This document shows positions 58,301 to 64,000 of a stretch of 64,000 bases of DNA, one piece after another; the stretch's first letter is position 1; each line of letters begins with the position of its first letter. The translations under genes were made by a program, and so were the position numbers. The notes beneath the pieces were generated by a model that was given only the letters and a program-made list of their open reading frames with translations, searched no databases and was not told the origin of the DNA. The DNA comes from Tubulanus polymorphus (lineage: Eukaryota; Animalia; Nemertea). The stretch covers positions 29,182,299 through 29,246,298 of the forward strand of contig NC_134025.1 of NCBI RefSeq assembly GCF_964204645.1. The letters are read 5' to 3'.

Positions 58301-61300
58301 CGACGGTTATGAGTTGAGCAGTGATGGAAAACAATGCGATGGTAGGCACAGTTCTCATTGAATCATTCGTACACGAATGGAAAAGTTCTTTATGGGAAAA
58401 TTGACGGTTACTTTCAGATATCGACGAATGCAGCTCGGATTCGACCAATAACTGCGGGGATGGTGGAGTCTGCAGTAATACAGCGGGGTCGTATCATTGT
58501 ACATGTAACGACGGTTATGAGTTGAGCAGTGATGGAAAACAATGCGATGGTAGGCACAGTTTTCATTGAATCATTCGTACACGAATGGAAAAGTTCTTTA
58601 TGGGAAAATTGACGGTTACTTTCAGATATCGACGAATGCAGCTCGGATTCGACCAATAACTGCGGGGATGGTGGAGTCTGCAGTAATACAGCGGGGTCGT
58701 ATCATTGTACATGTAACGACGGTTATGAGTTGAGCAGTGATGGAAAACAATGCGATGGTAGGCACAGTTTTCATTGAATCATTCGTACACGAATGGAAAA
58801 GTTCTTTATGGGAAAATTGACGGTTACTTTCAGATATCGACGAATGCAGCTCGGATTCGACCAATAACTGCGGGGATGGTGGAGTCTGCAGTAATACAGC
58901 GGGGTCGTATTATTGTACATGTAACGACGGTTATGAGTTGAGCAGTGATGGAAAACAATGCGATGGTAGGCACAGTTTTCATTGAATCATTCGTACACGA
59001 ATGGAAAAGTTCTTTATGGGAAAATTGACGGTTACTTTCAGATATCGACGAATGCAGCTCGGATTCGACCAATAACTGCGGGGATGGTGGAGTCTGCAGT
59101 AATACAGCGGGGTCGTATTATTGTACATGTAACGACGGTTATGAGTTGAGCAGTGATGGAAAACAATGCGATGGTAGGCACAGTTTTCATTGAATCATTC
59201 GTACACGAATGGAAAAGTTCTTTATGGGAAAATTGACGGTTACTTTCAGATATCGACGAATGCAGCTCGGATTCGACCAATAACTGCGGGGATGGTGGAG
59301 TCTGCAGTAATACAGCGGGGTCGTATTATTGTACATGTAACGACGGTTATGAGTTGAGCAGTGATGGAAAACAATGCGATGGTAGGCACAGTTTTCATTG
59401 AATCATTCGTACACGAATGGAAAAGTTCTTTATGGGAAAATTGACGGTTACTTTCAGATATCGACGAATGCAGCTCGGATTCGACCAATAACTGCGGGGA
59501 CGGTGGAGTCTGCAGTAATACAGCGGGGTCGTATTATTGTACATGTAACGACGGTTATGAGTTGAGCAGTGATGGAAAACAATGCGATGGTAGGCACAGT
59601 TTTCATTGAACCATTCGTACACGAATGGAAAAGTTCTTTATGGGAAAATTGACGGTTACTTTCAGATATCGACGAATGCAGCTCGGATTCGACCAATAAC
59701 TGCGGGGATGGTGGAGTCTGCAGTAATACAGCGGGGTCGTATTATTGTACATGTAACGACGGTTATGAGTTGAGCAGTGATGGAAAACAATGCGATGGTA
59801 GGCACAGTTTTCATTGAACCATTCGTACACGAATGGAAAAGTTCTTTATGGGAAAATTGACGGTTACTTTCAGATATCGACGAATGCAGCTCGGATTCGA
59901 CCAATAACTGCGGGGATGGTGGAGTCTGCAGTAATACAGCGGGGTCGTATTATTGTACATGTAACGACGGTTATGAGTTGAGCAGTGATGGAAAACAATG
60001 CGATGGTAGGCACAGTTTTCATTGAATCATTCGTACACGAATGGAAAAGTTCTTTATGGGAAAATTGACGGTTACTTTCAGATATCGACGAATGCAGCTC
60101 GGATTCGACCAATAACTGCGGGGATGGTGGAGTCTGCAGTAATACAGCGGGGTCGTATTATTGTACATGTAACGACGGTTATGAGTTGAGCAGTGATGGA
60201 AAACAATGCGATGGTAGGCACAGTTTTCATTGAATCATTCGTACACGAATGGAAAAGTTCTTTATGGGAAAATTGACGGTTACTTTCAGATATCGACGAA
60301 TGCAGCTCGGATTCGACCAATAACTGCGGGGATGGTGGAGTCTGCAGTAATACAGCGGGGTCGTATTATTGTACATGTAACGACGGTTATGAGTTGAGCA
60401 GTGATGGAAAACAATGCGATGGTAGGCACAGTTTTCATTGAATCATTCGTACACGAATGGAAAAGTTCTTTATGGGAAAATTGACGGTTACTTTCAGATA
60501 TCGACGAATGCAGCTCGGATTCGACCAATAACTGCGGGGATGGTGGAGTCTGCAGTAATACAGCGGGGTCGTATTATTGTACATGTAACGACGGTTATGA
60601 GTTGAGCAGTGATGGAAAACAATGCGATGGTAGGCACAGTTTTCATTGAATCATTCGTACACGAATGGAAAAGTTCTTTATGGGAAAATTGACGGTTACT
60701 TTCAGATATCGACGAATGCAGCTCGGATTCGACCAATAACTGCGGGGATGGTGGAGTCTGCAGTAATACAGCGGGGTCGTATTATTGTACATGTAACGAC
60801 GGTTATGAGTTGAGCAGTGATGGAAAACAATGCGATGGTAGGCACAGTTTTCATTGAATCATTCGTACACGAATGGAAAAGTTCTTTATGGGAAAATTGA
60901 CGGTTACTTTCAGATATCGACGAATGCAGCTCGGATTCGACCAATAACTGCGGGGATGGTGGAGTCTGCAGTAATACAGCGGGGTCGTATTATTGTACAT
61001 GTAACGACGGTTATGAGTTGAGCAGTGATGGAAAACAATGCGATGGTAGGCACAGTTTTCATTGAATCATTCGTACACGAATGGAAAAGTTCTTTATGGG
61101 AAAATTGACGGTTACTTTCAGATATCGACGAATGCAGCTCGGATTCGACCAATAACTGCGGGGACGGTGGAGTCTGCAGTAATACAGCGGGGTCGTATTA
61201 TTGTACATGTAACGACGGTTATGAGTTGAGCAGTGATGGAAAACAATGCGATGGTAGGCACAGTTTTCATTGAACCATTCGTACACGAATGGAAAAGTTC

Positions 61301-64000
61301 TTTATGGGAAAATTGACGGTTACTTTCAGATATCGACGAATGCAGCTCGGATTCGACCAATAACTGCGGGGATGGTGGAGTCTGCAGTAATACAGCGGGG
61401 TCGTATTATTGTACATGTAACGACGGTTATGAGTTGAGCAGTGATGGAAAACAATGCGATGGTAGGCACAGTTTTCATTGAACCAATTGTACACGAATGG
61501 AAAAGTTCTTTATGGGAAAATTGACGGTTACTTTCAGATATCGACGAATGCAGCTCGGATTCGACCAATAACTGCGGGGATGGTGGAGTCTGCAGTAATA
61601 CAGCGGGGTCGTATTATTGTACATGTAACGACGGTTATGAGTTGAGCAGTGATGGAAAACAATGCGATGGTAGGCACAGTTTTCATTGAATCATTCGTAC
61701 ACGAATGGAAAAGTTCTTTATGGGAAAATTGACGGTTACTTTCAGATATCGACGAATGCAGCTCGGATTCGACCAATAACTGCGGGGATGGTGGAGTCTG
61801 CAGTAATACAGCGGGGTCGTATTATTGTACATGTAACGACGGTTATGAGTTGAGCAGTGATGGAAAACAATGCGATGGTAGGCACAGTTTTCATTGAATC
61901 ATTCGTACACGAATGGAAAAGTTCTTTATGGGAAAATTGACGGTTACTTTCAGATATCGACGAATGCAGCTCGGATTCGACCAATAACTGCGGGGATGGT
62001 GGAGTCTGCAGTAATACAGCGGGGTCGTATTATTGTACATGTAACGACGGTTATGAGTTGAGCAGTGATGGAAAACAATGCGATGGTAGGCACAGTTTTC
62101 ATTGAATCATTCGTACACGAATGGAAAAGTTCTTTATGGGAAAATTGACGGTTACTTTCAGATATCGACGAATGCAGCTCGGATTCGACCAATAACTGCG
62201 GGGATGGTGGAGTCTGCAGTAATACAGCGGGGTCGTATTATTGTACATGTAACGACGGTTATGAGTTGAGCAGTGATGGAAAACAATGCGATGGTAGGCA
62301 CAGTTTTCATTGAATCATTCGTACACGAATGGAAAAGTTCTTTATGGGAAAATTGACGGTTACTTTCAGATATCGACGAATGCAGCTCGGATTCGACCAA
62401 TAACTGCGGGGATGGTGGAGTCTGCAGTAATACAGCGGGGTCGTATTATTGTACATGTAACGACGGTTATGAGTTGAGCAGTGATGGAAAACAATGCGAT
62501 GGTAGGCACAGTTTTCATTGAATCATTCGTACACGAATGGAAAAGTTCTTTATGGGAAAATTGACGGTTACTTTCAGATATCGACGAATGCAGCTCGGAT
62601 TCGACCAATAACTGCGGGGATGGTGGAGTCTGCAGTAATACAGCGGGGTCGTATTATTGTACATGTAACGACGGTTATGAGTTGAGCAGGGATGGAAAAC
62701 AATGCGATGGTAGGCACAGTTTTCATTGAATCATTCGTACACGAATGGAAAAGTTCTTTATGGGAAAATTGACGGTTACTTTCAGATATCGACGAATGCA
62801 GCTCGGATTCGACCAATAACTGCGGGGATGGTGGAGTCTGCAGTAATACAGCGGGGTCGTATTATTGTACATGTAACGACGGTTATGAGTTGAGCAGTGA
62901 TGGAAAACAATGCGATGGTAGGCACAGTTTTCATTGAATCATTCGTACACGAATGGAAAAGTTCTTTATGGGAAAATTGACGGTTACTTTCAGATATCAA
63001 CGAATGCAGCTCGGATTCGACCAATAACTGCGGGGATGGTGGAGTCTGCAGTAATACAGCGGGGTCGTATTATTGTACATGTAACGACGGTTATGAGTTG
63101 AGCAGTGATGGAAAACAATGCGATGGTAGGCACAGTTTTCATTGAATCATTCGTACACGAATGGAAAAGTTCTTTATGAGAAAATTGACGGTTACTTTCA
63201 GATATCGACGAATGCAGCTCGGATTCGACCAATAACTGCGGGGATGGTGGAGTCTGCAGTAATACAGCGGGGTCGTATTATTGTACATGTAACGACGGTT
63301 ATGAGTTGAGCAGTGATGGAAAACAATGCGATGGTAGGCACAGTTTTCATTGAATAATTCGTACACGAATGGAAAAGTTCTTTATGGGAAAATTGACGGT
63401 TACTTTCAGATATCGACGAATGCAGCTCGGATTCGACCAATAACTGCGGGGATGGTGGAGTCTGCAGTAATACAGCGGGGTCGTATTATTGTACATGTAA
63501 CGACGGTTATGAGTTGAGCAGTGATGGAAAACAATGCGATGGTAGGCACAGTTTTCATTGAATCATTCGTACACGAATGGAAAAGTTCTTTATGGGAAAA
63601 TTGACGGTTACTTTCAGATATCGACGAATGCAGCTCGGATTCGACCAATAACTGCGGGGATGGTGGAGTCTGCAGTAATACAGCGGGGTCGTATTATTGT
63701 ACATGTAACGACGGTTATGAGTTGAACAGTGATGGAAAACAATGCGATGGTAGGCACAGTTTTCATTGAATCATTCGTACACGAATGGAAAAGTTCTTTA
63801 TGGGAAAATTGACGGTTACTTTCAGATATCGACGAATGCAGCTCGGATTCGACCAATAACTGCGGGGATGGTGGAGTCTGCAGTAATACAGCGGGGTCGT
63901 ATTATTGTACATGTAACGACGGTTATGAGTTGAGCAGTGATGGAAAACAATGCGATGGTAGGCACAGTTTTCATTGAATCATTCGTACACGAATGGAAAA
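46388..64000 (+). CDS. Giant secreted poly-calcium-binding-EGF protein (fibrillin/fibulin-type modules), 3' end outside window
   Basis: Exon 46388-46395 (ATGATGAG|GTAAGT). Exon 46667-46743 completes MMSLRSVGLAIFVVIAFFHSGSTDQLIQ (signal-peptide-like). 57-nt exons 46840-46896 and 47108-47164 (PDCEGDWLYKTFDGQCYD). Then 80 exons of 132 nt (47394-47525 + 208k, k=0..79), each flanked by TTTCAG and GTAGGC and encoding a 6-Cys cbEGF. The repeat exons are strongly supported; linkage to the 5' exons is inferred. Confidence 0.88.
46726..47260 (+). repeat. 268-bp tandem duplication (2 near-identical copies), each carrying the 57-nt Cys exon
   Basis: CCGACCAATTAATACAAGGCAGAG...TAAATTGGCAGTA occurs twice at a 268-bp offset, which also explains the duplicated ORFs at 46765 and 47033. 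Confidence 0.95.
47375..64000 (+). repeat. 208-bp exon+intron tandem array, at least 80 units, generally 0-3 substitutions per unit, no indels
   Basis: Exact 208-bp periodicity is maintained from 47394 to the window end; last complete exon is 63826-63957. Confidence 0.99.

Noticed and set aside
47390-63856. Dozens of 80-aa and 75-aa minus-strand ORFs (MVESELHSS..., MYEWFNEN...)
   Set aside because: Antisense shadows of the cbEGF exon-intron unit. They rely on alternative start codons and overlap each other, while the + strand has the splice signals and domain consensus.
47394-64000. CRISPR array or non-coding centromeric satellite
   Set aside because: No unique spacers, no cas genes and a eukaryotic context. 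The unit resolves exactly into a coding exon plus an intron.

Overview
AT-rich, gene-dense metazoan (invertebrate-like) genomic DNA with short introns. In order: an unknown minus-strand ORF running off the left edge; CatSper auxiliary subunit gamma (CATSPERG, -); HADH (+); PIKfyve/Fab1 (+); a solitary, divergent H2A.X-type histone (-); a divergent calmodulin (-) head-to-head with GGPS1 (+); several MITE families; and a ~236-bp (AT)n tract. The last 16.6 kb looks like a 208-bp satellite, and the ORF track reports only antisense shadow ORFs there. Read on the + strand, each unit is a 132-nt phase-1/phase-1 exon encoding one complete calcium-binding EGF domain (DIDECSSDSTNNCGDGGVCSNTAGSYYCTCNDGYELSSDGKQCD) plus a 76-nt GT-AG intron. 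There are 80 near-identical copies, and the array continues past the window edge. Upstream I can assemble an ATG exon, a signal-peptide exon and a duplicated 57-nt Cys exon. This suggests a giant (>3,500 aa), very acidic, secreted poly-cbEGF protein whose exons and introns are homogenised together. All family calls come from manual translation and recalled motifs; no database search was run.
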